Notes under the pieces: generated by a model
Database searches by the model: none
What the model was told of the DNA's origin: nothing
What the model saw: only the letters and a program-made list of their open reading frames with translations
Assembly: GCF_001194135.2 (NCBI RefSeq)
Contig: NC_068988.1
Span: forward strand, 87,656,717-87,704,891
From: Octopus bimaculoides
Taxonomy: Eukaryota
DNA: 48,175 nucleotides
Direction of reading: 5' to 3'
Made by a program: the position numbers and the translations under genes
Shown here: piece after piece, positions 24,318 through 36,307 of the stretch
Layout: every line of letters starts with the position of its first letter
How positions within the stretch are numbered: the first letter of the stretch is position 1

Positions 24318-25199
24318 NNNNNNNNNNNNNNNNNNNNNNNNNNNNNNNNNNNNNNNNNNNNNNNNNNNNNNNNNNNNNNNNNNNNNNNNNNNNNNNNNNN
24401 NNNNNNNNNNNNNNNNNNNNNNNNNNNNNNNNNNNNNNNNNNNNNNNNNNNNNNNNNNNNNNNNNNNNNNNNNNNNNNNNNNNNNNNNNNNNNNNNNNNN
24501 NNNNNNNNNNNNNNNNNNNNNNNNNNNNNNNNNNNNNNNNNNNNNNNNNNNNNNNNNNNNNNNNNNNNNNNNNNNNNNNNNNNNNNNNNNNNNNNNNNNN
24601 NNNNNNNNNNNNNNNNNNNNNNNNNNNNNNNNNNNNNNNNNNNNNNNNNNNNNNNNNNNNNNNNNNNNNNNNNNNNNNNNNNNNNNNNNNNNNNNNNNNN
24701 NNNNNNNNNNNNNNNNNNNNNNNNNNNNNNNNNNNNNNNNNNNNNNNNNNNNNNNNNNNNNNNNNNNNNNNNNNNNNNNNNNNNNNNNNNNNNNNNNNNN
24801 NNNNNNNNNNNNNNNNNNNNNNNNNNNNNNNNNNNNNNNNNNNNNNNNNNNNNNNNNNNNNNNNNNNNNNNNNNNNNNNNNNNNNNNNNNNNNNNNNNNN
24901 NNNNNNNNNNNNNNNNNNNNNNNNNNNNNNNNNNNNNNNNNNNNNNNNNNNNNNNNNNNNNNNNNNNNNNNNNNNNNNNNNNNNNNNNNNNNNNNNNNNN
25001 NNNNNNNNNNNNNNNNNNNNNNNNNNNNNNNNNNNNNNNNNNNNNNNNNNNNNNNNNNNNNNNNNNNNNNNNNNNNNNNNNNNNNNNNNNNNNNNNNNNN
25101 NNNNNNNNNNNNNNNNNNNNNNNNNNNNNNNNNNNNNNNNNNNNNNNNNNNNNNNNNNNNNNNNNNNNNNNNNNNNNNNNNNNNNNNNNNTATATATAT

Positions 25200-25500
25200 A
25201 TATATATGCGCATATATGGGTACAGTATGTCACAAAACGTAAACATGGAATACGAAGACAAACTTGGGTATGCGAACAACGCGAGAAACAAATGGAAAGC
25301 AAGACAAGTAACATAAAGAACGACCTTTCATCAGTTGTCGGCTATCTATCTACTCCTCATTTCGAGCAGAAGGGTCGTTCTTTATGTTACTTGTCTTGTT
25401 TTCCATTTGTTACTCTCGTTTTTCTTCGTATTTTCGTATTTCATGTTGTTTGCGTCCTGTATCCATATATGTATGTATGTGTGTATGTATGTATGTTTGT
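25200..25500. mobile_element. Fold-back element of family J between (TA)n tracts
   Basis: 25300-25325 is the exact reverse complement of 25373-25398. Arms extend with divergence to ~25205 and ~25470. 47-nt central spacer. Confidence 0.75.
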
Positions 25501-25505
25501 ACATA

Positions 25506-25574
<69 letters not shown>

Positions 25575-25779
25575 TGCAAATATAGAAAAACAAAAGACAG
25601 GTGATAAATGGGAAAATCTTTAACGTTTCAAGCCTACGCTCTTTAACAGAAGAGAATGAGAACGAGGAAAAACGGATATGTGTATATATATTCGTCTTTA
25701 TACATTTTGACATAGATCAACCTACACAAGTTAATGTGTGAAAAGCACAATTGGAATATTGAAAGAAGTTTCTATAGAA

Positions 25780-25872
25780 CCAGTTTTTAAACATTGAATA
25801 GCTATGGGGGTCCACCAGAATAAAATAGTAATCAAAGAGGCCGTAGAAAAATAAAATGGTTGAGAACCCCTG
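25780..25872. mobile_element. hAT MITE right end only
   Basis: GGGGTCCACCAGAATAAAATAGTAATCAAAG...GGTTGAGAACCCCTG (Charlie-type TIR). The left TIR was not found. Confidence 0.5.
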
Positions 25873-26467
25873 AAGTAGCGCGTTTAACGAAATACCTTGT
25901 GACATTTGAACGGGATTCTCTTTACGTTCCAAGTTTTGGGTGGTACCCCTTAACACGTTACCCAGTTTAACCCCATCAACCTGGTCCTTGCAACAGAGTG
26001 AACTCTGTCTTTGGTGCAGTCCCTCTTGTAACCTTCAGTAAATGCAGGTTTCCAGTTTCACACCAATCTCTGTGACCTTGTAAAAGGTCATGTGCATTGC
26101 ATGAAACATGATGGGAATCCGACTGCTATTTCTAGCATACCAAACGATCGCAGCGGCTCCCATTACGCTTCTTCTTAGGACCAAGTCAGTTGTGATTCGT
26201 GCAGACCTATGGTGAAAGGCGTTCCAATTGTGACCGTCCTGTCGTTCTCAAAAGTGTAAAGAATCTCGGACCACATTATCTAACGAGTCCTCATCTAAAA
26301 CGGGGTGAGGTAGGAGGTGACGGTGTAATTTTTAAGGAAATTTTGGCTGCTTTTTCTAGCACGGTCAAGTGACTACGTAGAAGACCGCTTTTGGGATAAT
26401 ACAAGTAACAGGTGACACTATAAGACTTAGTTTACCCTGATGATCCCTGATGCCCCTCCCAGAACAT

Positions 26468-26700
26468 TGACGTCATTAGAGCAAGGGAAAGATGACGTAA
26501 TGTACTAAAAGATATTCGTCAGGTGATGTCTTATATTAAACATAGCGCTCCCTCAACCCCCACCCCAATAAAATACGCAGGAGGTGTGGCTTTGTTACAT
26601 CACACACAGTACTCTCTATCTCCCTCTCTCACCCATAAATAATTAGGTTACACTTCTCATATTCTCATAATCCTTTTCAAATACTTTTTCCGTGACGTCA
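26468..26700. promoter_or_regulatory. Candidate CRE cluster
   Basis: TGACGTCA at 26468-26475 and 26693-26700, TGACGTAA at 26493-26500, in unique sequence upstream of a long (CT)n tract. Confidence 0.3.
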
Positions 26701-26814
26701 GTAAAACTTGTCCTCGTCGTCGTTGCTTTAAAACTACACATCAGTCCCAAGCAGAGCAGACAAACCAATAAATACAAAGGCGTTCCAGCAACGACCATCC
26801 CACCATTCTAATTT

Positions 26815-26885
26815 CTCTCTCTCTCTCCTCATCTCTCTCTCTTCCCCCTCTCTCTCCTCATCTCTCTCTCTTCCCCCTTTCTCTT

Positions 26886-26953
<68 letters not shown>

Positions 26954-26982
26954 CCATCTCTCTCTCTCTCTCTCTCTCTCTT
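26815..26982. repeat. (CT)n polypyrimidine microsatellite
   Basis: About 165 bp of nearly pure C/T. Confidence 0.95.
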
Positions 26983-27080
26983 TACACACAATCGCGCGCG
27001 CAAATATGCCGGATCATGTAGACAGATATACAAATATATCCATATATACACATACCTATACATTATATATATCCATATAA

Positions 27081-27127
<47 letters not shown>

Positions 27128-27334
27128 CATAGATACATACGTACGTACATACACACAACACATACATGGGGAGAGAGAGAGAGAGATGGCGTAATAATTG
27201 GGTTACATTCCGTTCTCAGATTCTCTCATGGTCTCATTGCCAAATATTATTATTGTTATGTCAGCATGACATCAGTTGGGTAGGCAGGAGATCTTAGACA
27301 TCAGCACAATCAACACTTCCTGAGATTTCAGACG

Positions 27335-27560
27335 GTGCTGCAGAAAGGGACATAACTAAATCATTTGGCGAAATGCTAAACGGTATTTCGTCTGCCGCTA
27401 CGTCAAGTTCAAATTCCGCCGAGATCGACTTTGCCTTTCATCCTTTCGAGGTCGATGAAATAAGTACCAGTTACCCACTGGGGTCGATGTAATCGACTAT
27501 CCCCCTTCCCCAAAAGTTTTCATGGCCTTGTGCCTTGAGTTGAAATAATGATTATTATTA
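27335..27560 (+). mobile_element. SINE family C
   Basis: GAAATGCT.A.CGGTATTTCGTCTGCCGCTACG...GTTCAAATTCCGCCGAG.TCGACTTTGCC..., with an (ATT)n tail. Confidence 0.85.
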
Positions 27561-29541
27561 TTTCAGTGGCTTAGACTTGTGTTTCTTGAAGTGGAAAATT
27601 TTATTCGGGTTCTGAGGACAAAAGGAGTGATAAGTGTGCATGTGCAGAATGTGAATGTTATATGATAAACTACTTGGTACATGCAATCCTAATAGCATTA
27701 ACATCAAGAATAACATCAACAATAAAGACGGACTTCGAAATATGAATTAGTAAGTAAACAAAACCAAATATATACCATTTATGCTTATTGCAGGGTGGCG
27801 TTGTGATAAGCGATCAATCACTCACGTCAATATGTTAGTACCTGGAAGTGAAATAGAACACTGACACGCACACACATACATGGATAAATGTAAATAAAAA
27901 TTAGACGACATACGGAAAAATCACTCGTCAGCTCTAGGATTCAGAATCTTGATGGTTTCAGCGCATTTAAAACAACGTAGAGCGCCATTTTTTATTGTTA
28001 ACATCACCAGGTAGAAGAGAGTACAATAAAATGTTTATAAACTTAAAAACATTTTTTTGGAGTTGTATTTGTCTAGAAAGTGACCAGATCTCAAACATTG
28101 TGTTGAAACTGGTGGGACTTCATCATTATAGCCATTGGATAAAAAAAAAAACTGTGAAATACTCTTTAAATTTATTTCAAGAGGCGTCAAGAGTTTTGTT
28201 GCACAACTGAAATCTAGTTATTGACGCAGATGTATGCCGAAAATTTTGACGCTTCATGAAATAATTGTTTTGAAATAAATTACAAGTAAATTCAACAGTT
28301 TTCTTTGTTATTACATGACTAGATTGACTCTTCCCACTCACCCACCCATCTATCCATCCATCCATACATTCGTGTGTGTATGTATGTATGAATGATTCGT
28401 AAACCTGAGCCAATCAGCAAGAGACGTAATAGCAGACTAAGAAAGAAATGGTTTGATAATATCCAGTCTCGGCTAGTGACGCTTGGGAATCCAGCAGGAT
28501 TCTTCTGACGGCTGCTTCTGATAGGACCCTAGAGAGGAGGTGTCCTAGGACTCTAACCGCACGACTCTCTTAGGAATAGTAGTCGGAGAACACACACACA
28601 TGTATGTATGTATGTATGTATGTATGTGTAGTGGATCTTGCATGCATGAAGTGGATTCGATCCACCATAGCCAAATTTAAATTAACACTGCAACAAAACT
28701 TTTCTCACGGTGGAACAATGGTTTTTCTCTGACAGCAGTTTTACATTTTCCAGATGCCTTTTAGCTAGGCCGAAATAATGTCTTCACCACTTGACCCTTT
28801 CTAACCTCTTCTACTTTACCAAAAGGTAGAATAGAGATAACAAGACCACCAACTAAATCTATTGTTCTCAATTATATGTCTATTCTTCTGAATGGTTATA
28901 AAAACAAGAAACCCCAAGCAAAAAAGTTAGTTAGTCACCAGTCGGTGACGACTCAACGAGTCCAGTCACATGGTGACGACTCGGTGAGAACGAAGTCTGG
29001 CTGACCAGCTAGAACCTTGGTCAGAGGAAGAAATGAAGTTTACTATCAGCAACTGTGAGACATCGTCCCACACCCCACAACTCTCACCATCTCTAATTCT
29101 GTTCTCTTACAACATCATTCTACCGTTCTCTGTAAACAACGAAGAGGACACAAACACAAACTTTACTTCGCATGCTTTTGGATTTATCATAACCTGCCCG
29201 TCGAGGCAAGGTATTGTAACGTAACGGTAAATAAATATTTCCCTAAAACTTCATGCATTGTTCATCTTTCACATCCTACAACATGCCGTTATAACAACAA
29301 ATTTTTATATTCCCAACTGCTGATTCCGACATTTCATATTATTGTGTACCTAATCAATCTTACCCGTTACAAACGGTAACTACACAAATTATTATCGTTA
29401 CAACTGGTAACCTCTACCGTTACATACATATGTATGTATATATCAATAAATTATAGGGTAGCAAAAAAATTTTTAGAAATTTTATTTACCACCAGTGGTC
29501 TAGCGAGAGTAAAAAACAGTCAATAGACTATGTATTATTCA

Positions 29542-29764
29542 TTTAAAATGCAGAGATGCCTATAATAGGACATCTAACCCGCTAGAAAGAGCAGCAAAAG
29601 ACTACATACCACAAAATTAGGGATAATTTCGAAAGGGAATGAAAAATTAAATGTTTTTATTTTTCATTCCCTTTCGAAATTATCCCTAATTTTGTGGTAT
29701 GTAGTCTTTTGCTGCTCTTTCTAGCGGGTTAGATGTCCTATTATAGGCATTTCTGCATTTTAAA
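29542..29764. repeat. Near-perfect inverted repeat, 106-bp arms, 11-nt spacer
   Basis: 29542-29647 versus 29659-29764, one mismatch (29555). Confidence 0.97.
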
Positions 29765-30266
29765 AGAAATATGTATGTATATATGTATATACACAAAATT
29801 ATAAAAATAGTTTTGGAAATAAAATGTTTCAAGCATTATACAAGCGATGTTCAATGCCCTTATCACTACTAGATTCTCTTTCTGTGTTACACACACGCAG
29901 TTTGATGTTGTCCCTAAGTCGTAAAAAAACAGTTGACGCCAGATTTATCCTACCCGGTGTCTATAAGTCTGTCTTTCTATTAATAAGTCAACAGGTAGTA
30001 GTAATGTTGTGGAAGTAAAGGAGTGGGACATGAGGTTACTCTGGCGTGTGAGGGTGGGGACATTTTCGCAGAAAACTACCACCACCACCACCACTACTAA
30101 TAATAATAAACCAGGTCTATCGATAGACAACGTTAACAACAACAGAAGTAGCATTAATTAGTGTAAAACCGATGACTTTTATAAAAAGGTGTGAAACCCA
30201 CCAGTTCACACGCAGTGTGTTTGTGTATGTGAGCGCGTTAATAATAATAAATGTCCCATTTTGTAT

Positions 30267-30305
<39 letters not shown>

Positions 30306-31664
30306 ATGAGAGAGAGAGAGAAAGAGAATGCACATATATATTGAATATTACGTGTATATATTTGAGAGACAGTTCCGGATATAGATTTCAAGGTGTGTGT
30401 TTGTGTGTGTGTGTGAGGTTGAGAGATAAGACCTATTGATAAATAAAATAAAGCATTTATTATGGATATAACCTTTTTAAAAAATTATGTAGGCTGACTT
30501 TCATATTTACATCAAGAAAAAACAAGAACGACAACAAGAACAACAACAGCTACAAAACGCCCAAGGTAGAAACGTTTTATTTTCTTATTCTAAGGCTTAA
30601 AACAACAACAATGTTGATGACATTTCGGCGGATAATAAAAAATATGATGTGAGAAGTTAATGGGTGTTAAGCTGGATTTGGTAGTGGTGGATATTAAATA
30701 CGTGGGAGGTATGTAAAGTAGAAGTTATTTAAAAGAAAAAAAAAAAAAAAAAAAANNNNNNNNNNNNNNNNNNNNNNNNNNNNNNNNNNNNNNNNNNNNN
30801 NNNNNNNNNNNNNNNNNNNNNNNNNNNNNNNNNNNNNNNNNNNNNNNNNNNNNNNNNNNNNNNNNNNNNNNNNNNNNNNNNNNNNNNNNNNNNNNNNNNN
30901 NNNNNNNNNNNNNNNNNNNNNNNNNNNNNNNNNNNNNNNNNNNNNNNNNNNNNNNNNNNNNNNNNNNNNNNNNNNNNNNNNNNNNNNNNNNNNNNNNNNN
31001 NNNNNNNNNNNNNNNNNNNNNNNNNNNNNNNNNNNNNNNNNNNNNNNNNNNNNNNNNNNNNNNNNNNNNNNNNNNNNNNNNNNNNNNNNNNNNNNNNNNN
31101 NNNNNNNNNNNNNNNNNNNNNNNNNNNNNNNNNNNNNNNNNNNNNNNNNNNNNNNNNNNNNNNNNNNNNNNNNNNNNNNNNNNNNNNNNNNNNNNNNNNN
31201 NNNNNNNNNNNNNNNNNNNNNNNNNNNNNNNNNNNNNNNNNNNNNNNNNNNNNNNNNNNNNNNNNNNNNNNNNNNNNNNNNNNNNNNNNNNNNNNNNNNN
31301 NNNNNNNNNNNNNNNNNNNNNNNNNNNNNNNNNNNNNNNNNNNNNNNNNNNNNNNNNNNNNNNNNNNNNNNNNNNNNNNNNNNNNNNNNNNNNNNNNNNN
31401 NNNNNNNNNNNNNNNNNNNNNNNNNNNNNNNNNNNNNNNNNNNNNNNNNNNNNNNNNNNNNNNNNNNNNNNNNNNNNNNNNNNNNNNNNNNNNNNNNNNN
31501 NNNNNNNNNNNNNNNNNNNNNNNNNNNNNNNNNNNNNNNNNNNNNNNNNNNNNNNNNNNNNNNNNNNNNNNNNNNNNNNNNNNNNNNNNNNNNNNNNNNN
31601 NNNNNNNNNNNNNNNNNNNNNNNNNNNNNNNNNNNNNNNNNNNNNNNNNNNNNNNNNNNNNNNN

Positions 31665-31847
31665 AGTGATTGGTTGAAATTATCGAAATAAGACAATTTT
31701 TTACATGAAATAAATTCGAATACAAAAATATTTTTCTGTTCTATAACACAAAATAGATAAGTATACGAAGTTTGAAAGTCTTTCGGTACCAAAAACACTA
31801 CGTAAAACATTAATGAAAAATGTGGCCCCCGTTTTAAAAAAGATCCG
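31665..31847. repeat. 183-bp segment with an inverted copy at 41840-42022
   Basis: Reverse-complement match with about 3 substitutions by eye. The left end is cut by the gap. Confidence 0.9.
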
Positions 31848-33100
31848 AGGGGACTAATCGATTACATCGATTATAGTGTTTCACTGGTACTTAGTTTATC
31901 GACCTCGAAAGGATGAAAGGCAAAGTTGACCTCGGCGGAATTTGAACTCAGAACGCAGCGAATGTTAAATATTTCGTCCAGCGTGCTAACGATTCTGCCA
32001 GCTCGCCGCCTTTAATAATTATAATGATTTTTTTTATTGATCACAAAGGGTTTACATTTAAGAAAAAAAACCGAAGACATCACAGGACAAAACACTGTGC
32101 ATGTTTGTGTGTGTGTGTGTGTGTGTGTGTAAATGCCCTGATGCAATACCAGACAGTGGCTCTCATGGCTTCTGATCTTAATTGATTGGAAGTGTACATG
32201 GTCTGTCATGGTGTTAAAAGATTGGCTACGACAAATATTCTACTATTTGCTTGTCAGTTGCTTGACCTTAACTAGATGAGCATGTCCCTTAGTGGCTGAC
32301 GATATGTGCATCTCTGATCACGAACAGGAGTAATTCCAGGGAGAGCGTGAGTCGATTACATCGACCTCTGTGCTTAACTAGTATTTATTGTATCAACCCC
32401 GAGAGAATGAAAAGCAAAGTCGGACTCGGCAGGATTTGAACTCGGAACGTACAGAACTAGAAAAGATTTATAATTTAGGCACAAGCTAAGCAATTTTGAG
32501 GACAGTGGATTCGATGATACCAATGACTCAAGGACTTGAGAGGCACTTTATTCTATCGACCCGTAAAAGCTGAAAAGCAAAACTGACTTCGGCATTATTT
32601 GAACTTAAAACGTAAAGAACCGAATCAAATACTGCAAAATCTTATGCCCATGTTTTAACGATTCTGCTAGTTCGCTGCCTTAGAATAATTGTTACTTATT
32701 TTACCCCAGGGTCAATAATTTTGAGAGGAAAGGATTAGTCAATATCATCGACCTCAGTACTTTATATTGGTTAGTCCACATTATTCCGTAAGGAGCAAAG
32801 GGCCAGTTTCCTGGTTCCTCCGGCGTATATATTCCTCCTTGGACGGGACGCAGGTCCTTCGCAGGATTATCCATTTTTATTAGCAGAGTGTATTGGAGCA
32901 ATGAGAAATGGAAATCTTTTGCTCAAGAATACAACACATTACCCGGTCCTGGAATCGAAATCACAATCTTGTGATCAGGAGTCTAACACCCAGTACTTTA
33001 TATTATCGACCTCGAAAGGATGAAAGCCAACGATTTGACCGGGAGAAATACCGGAAAACATTTTGCTCGAAGCTGTACCGATTATGCAAATCAACTGCCT
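31848..33100 (-). mobile_element. Cluster of SINE C copies (approx. 31848-32010, 32340-32460, 32468-32680, 32690-33100)
   Basis: Repeated family C core, all on the minus strand. An unrelated repeat fragment lies at ~32137-32340. Confidence 0.8.
32769..32990 (-). mobile_element. SINE family H nested in a SINE C copy
   Basis: 14-bp TSD CAGTACTTTATATT (32755-32768 and 32991-33004). The head shows a GATTTCGATTCC B box and TGTTGTATTCTTGAGCAAAAG. Confidence 0.8.
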
Positions 33101-33207
33101 TAATTATAACCATTGTAAACAATGAGAATTCTGTGTAGTTGTTTGATCAACTAGAAATAACAGCTAGAATTACATCCTACTATTTACTATCTTTAAAAAA
33201 AAACAAA

Positions 33208-33560
33208 CAGGCGCGGCTGTGTGGTAAGAAGCCTGCTTCCCAACCACATGGTTCCGGTTTCAACCCCAATACGTGGCATCTTGGGCAAGTGTCTTCTACT
33301 ATAGCCTCGGGCCAACAAAGGCCTTGTAAGTAGATTCGGTAGATGGAAACTGAAAGAATCTCGTCGTTTATGTGTGTTTTGTGCCTCCTCCATCGATTGA
33401 TTATCTCGTAACTGAGCGGTTCGGCAAAGAGACCGATAGAAGAAGTACGAGGCTTACAAAGAATAGATCCTGGGGGTCGATTTTTTCGACTAAAACCCTT
33501 TAAAGCGGTGCTCCAGGATGGCCGTAGTTAAAATTACTGAAACAAGTAAAAGAAAAGAAT
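33208..33560 (+). mobile_element. SINE family B, full length
   Basis: CAGGCGCGGCTGTGTGGTAAGAAGCC...GGTTTCAACCCC head through the AACAAGTAAAAG 3' end. Confidence 0.88.
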
Positions 33561-33769
33561 GAAAGCGACAAAACCATTAGATAACTTTTTCTTATTTTGG
33601 TACAAGGCCAGCAAATTTAAGGGGTAGGAAAGTGGATTATATTGAACCCGGTGCTCAAATGGTACTTACTTTACCAACCCTAAATTTTAAAAAGAATGTG
33701 TGTACCGCAAGTGAAAAGAAGTCGCGGAGCACTAGTATAGAGAGTTGTTTCTCAAATGCTTTGATGTTC

Positions 33770-34000
33770 TCATTTCTTTATTGCCCACAAGGGGCTAAAC
33801 ATAGAGGGAACAAACAAGGACAGACGAACGGATTGAGTCGATTACATCGACCCCAGTGCGTAACTGGTACTTAATTTATCGACCCCGAAAGGATGAAAGG
33901 CAAAGTCGACCTCGGTGGAATTTGAACTCAGAACGTAACGGCAGACGAAATACCACTAAGCATTTCGCCCGGCGTGCTAACGATTCTGTCAGCTCGCCGC
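33770..34000 (-). mobile_element. Young SINE C variant with a LINE-like 3' end
   Basis: TSD TTTGATGTTC (33760-33769 and 34001-34010). The minus-strand 3' end is CCCCTTGTGGGCAATAAAG instead of the usual family C tail. Confidence 0.88.
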
Positions 34001-34189
34001 TTTGATGTTCACTAAAGTAATCTTAATCAGTAAACCAAAGACCGACTGGTTAAGAAGTGCGTTTCGCAATCATGACGTCCCAAGTTCCATCGCATTCTCT
34101 GGCATATTGAGCTAGTTAGCAACGTGGGTAAATGGTAAAGTGTTCGATTCCATAACTACAGCAATTCTGCCAGTCATTCTTCATCGATG

Positions 34190-35310
34190 ATAATAATTCT
34201 TTCTACAATAATAAACACAAGACCCAAAATCTGGGAGGATAGGGCTATTCGATTACATCGACCCCAGTACACAACTGGTACTTATTTTATCGACCCTTAA
34301 AGGATGAAAGACAAAGTCGACCTCATCGGAATTAGCGCTTGTAAAACTGGAAGAAATGCCACTAAACATTTTGTCCAACGTGCTTATGATTCTGCCAGCC
34401 CGCTGCCAAATCATAGTCCTTTCTGTTATAGGCACAAGGCCTGACATTTTTGGGGCGGAGGCTAGTCATTTACGACAACCCAGTATTTAACTGTTACTTA
34501 TTTAACCGACCCCGAAAGGATAAAACGCAAAGTTGACTTCAGTGGAATTTGAACTCAGAAAGCCAGAAGAAATGTCGCTAAGCATTTCTTCCGGCTGTAT
34601 TAATGATGCTGAAAGCTTTTCGCCTTATTCTCCATCAACGATAATAATAATGGTTTCAAATTTTGGCAGAAGGCCAGCAATTTCATGGGAGTGGGTAAGC
34701 CGATTACATCGACTGCGAAAGGATGAAAGGCAAAGTCGACCTTGGCGAAATTTGAATTTAAATTGTAAAGACGAACGAACTGCCGCTAAGCATTTTGCCC
34801 GGCGTATTTACGATTCTACAAGTTCACCACCTTATCAATAATAATAATAATAATCCTTTCTACTATAGGTACAAGGCCTGAAATTTGGGGAAGAGGGAAA
34901 GTCGATTACATTGACCTCAATGCGCAACTGGTACTTAGTTTATCTACTCCGAAAGGATGAACGGCAAAATCAACCTCGGCGGAGTTTGAAATCAGAACGT
35001 AAGGACACGAAATGCCTCTGAGCATTTTGCTCGGCGCACTAACGATTCTGTTTTCTCACTGCCTTAATAATAATAATAATGATAATAATAATAATAATGA
35101 TTTCAAATTTTGCCACAAGGGCAGCAATTTTTGTGAGGAGATGAGTTGATTACATCGACCCCAGTGTTCAACTTGTACTTATTTTATCGACTCCGAAACG
35201 ATGAAAAGTTAAGTTGATCTCGGCGGAATTTGATCTCAGAATGTAAAGACAGAAGAAACCCCACTTAGCATTTTGTCCAGCGTGGTCATGATTCTGTCAG
35301 GTTGTCGCCA
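34190..35310 (-). mobile_element. Five head-to-tail SINE C copies
   Basis: Copies at approx. 34190-34407, 34410-34625, 34640-34832, 34838-35063 and 35065-35310, several separated by (TAA)n. Confidence 0.88.
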
Positions 35311-35686
35311 TGTTAATAATCATAACAATGTTCGATCTGGCTGCAGGCAACGACGGTTCTACAGTGGTCGTTGCAGTGTCGGCGATAATTATCAGCTGTC
35401 AATGTCGCCGGGAATGTAGATATAACCCTATCTAAAAAAAAACAACATCCACTCCTTACATAATAAACAACCTCTATCTAGAAAATTACATGTGAATTCA
35501 TATTTATATATAAACAGTTTCTGTAGCCTGACTTGATAAGTGGGTTGTGTTAAGTAGTTAATTAAGGAAATGTGCTTTACATAGCGGTTTTCAATAACAG
35601 CTCACCTAATAATCCTAATTCGCAATAAATTTGCTCCACAGTGAACTCGAGATTCAAATTAGAATTGGTGTTGGTAGTTAAAGGTT

Positions 35687-36237
35687 TGGCCGGAATTCTG
35701 GTTTAACCCTATATAACCTCGCAAAGCATTTTTTTTTAGTTTTTAGAATTTTTAAAGAATTTCTACAAATTTGTGTTCTACGGTAATGCATACGATTATG
35801 GAAAAAAATTGTGTGTGTGTGTGTGACACAAGAGCAATTTAAAACTTGTTTTGAGCACATCACACAGTCATCTGATTCCATCTTCGTTTCTTTGCCACTC
35901 TGATACGTACTGATGTTTTTCAATATTTTTCGTCCCATGAACACATTTAATGGAACGATGATGCACCCATAAGTGGCCCATTGCTTGAATTTAAGTAAAA
36001 AAAAAAATTCAGTCTAACCGTATTTTAAACTGATTAAAGGGGAAAAAAAAAAAATTCGAAAAAGAGAAAAACTTTTAGAATTTGTGGGGAAGGGGGTAAA
36101 AAATAAAAAAAGAACTTTGTTTTCATGATCGAATAAATTCCCGCGTGTAGAACACAAATTCGTAAAAATTTTCTGAAAATTCCAAAAAATAAAAAAGTTG
36201 AGGGGTTATATGGGGTGCTTAAACCAGAATTCCGCCA
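35687..36237. mobile_element. Fold-back/MITE with long diverged TIRs
   Basis: Ends TGGCCGGAATTCTGGTTTAA and (reverse complement) TGGCGGAATTCTGGTTTAA. Internal inverted match AATTTGTGTTCTAC. No TSD found. Confidence 0.65.
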
Positions 36238-36245
36238 GAGATGGT

Positions 36246-36307
36246 GGTTGAGTGCTACATAGTTGGTTGAGTGCTACACAGTTGGTTGAGTGCTACATAG
36301 TTGGTTG
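36246..36307. repeat. 19-bp minisatellite x3
   Basis: GGTTGAGTGCTACA(T/C)AGTT tandem. Confidence 0.9.

Noticed and set aside
24182-25585. Long ORFs in the track spanning N-gaps (also around 5770-6415, 11340-12040, 21669-22284, 30694-31810)
   Set aside because: Artefacts of N runs and (TA)n, which contain no stop codons.
28430-28590. Possible RTE-type LINE C-terminus (..LLTAASDRTLERR..)
   Set aside because: Too short and degenerate to support from sequence alone.
34190-35310. Regularly spaced repeats resembling a CRISPR or integron array
   Set aside because: The units are ~200-bp diverged SINEs with pol III boxes in eukaryotic DNA. There are no short identical repeats with unique spacers and no cas genes.
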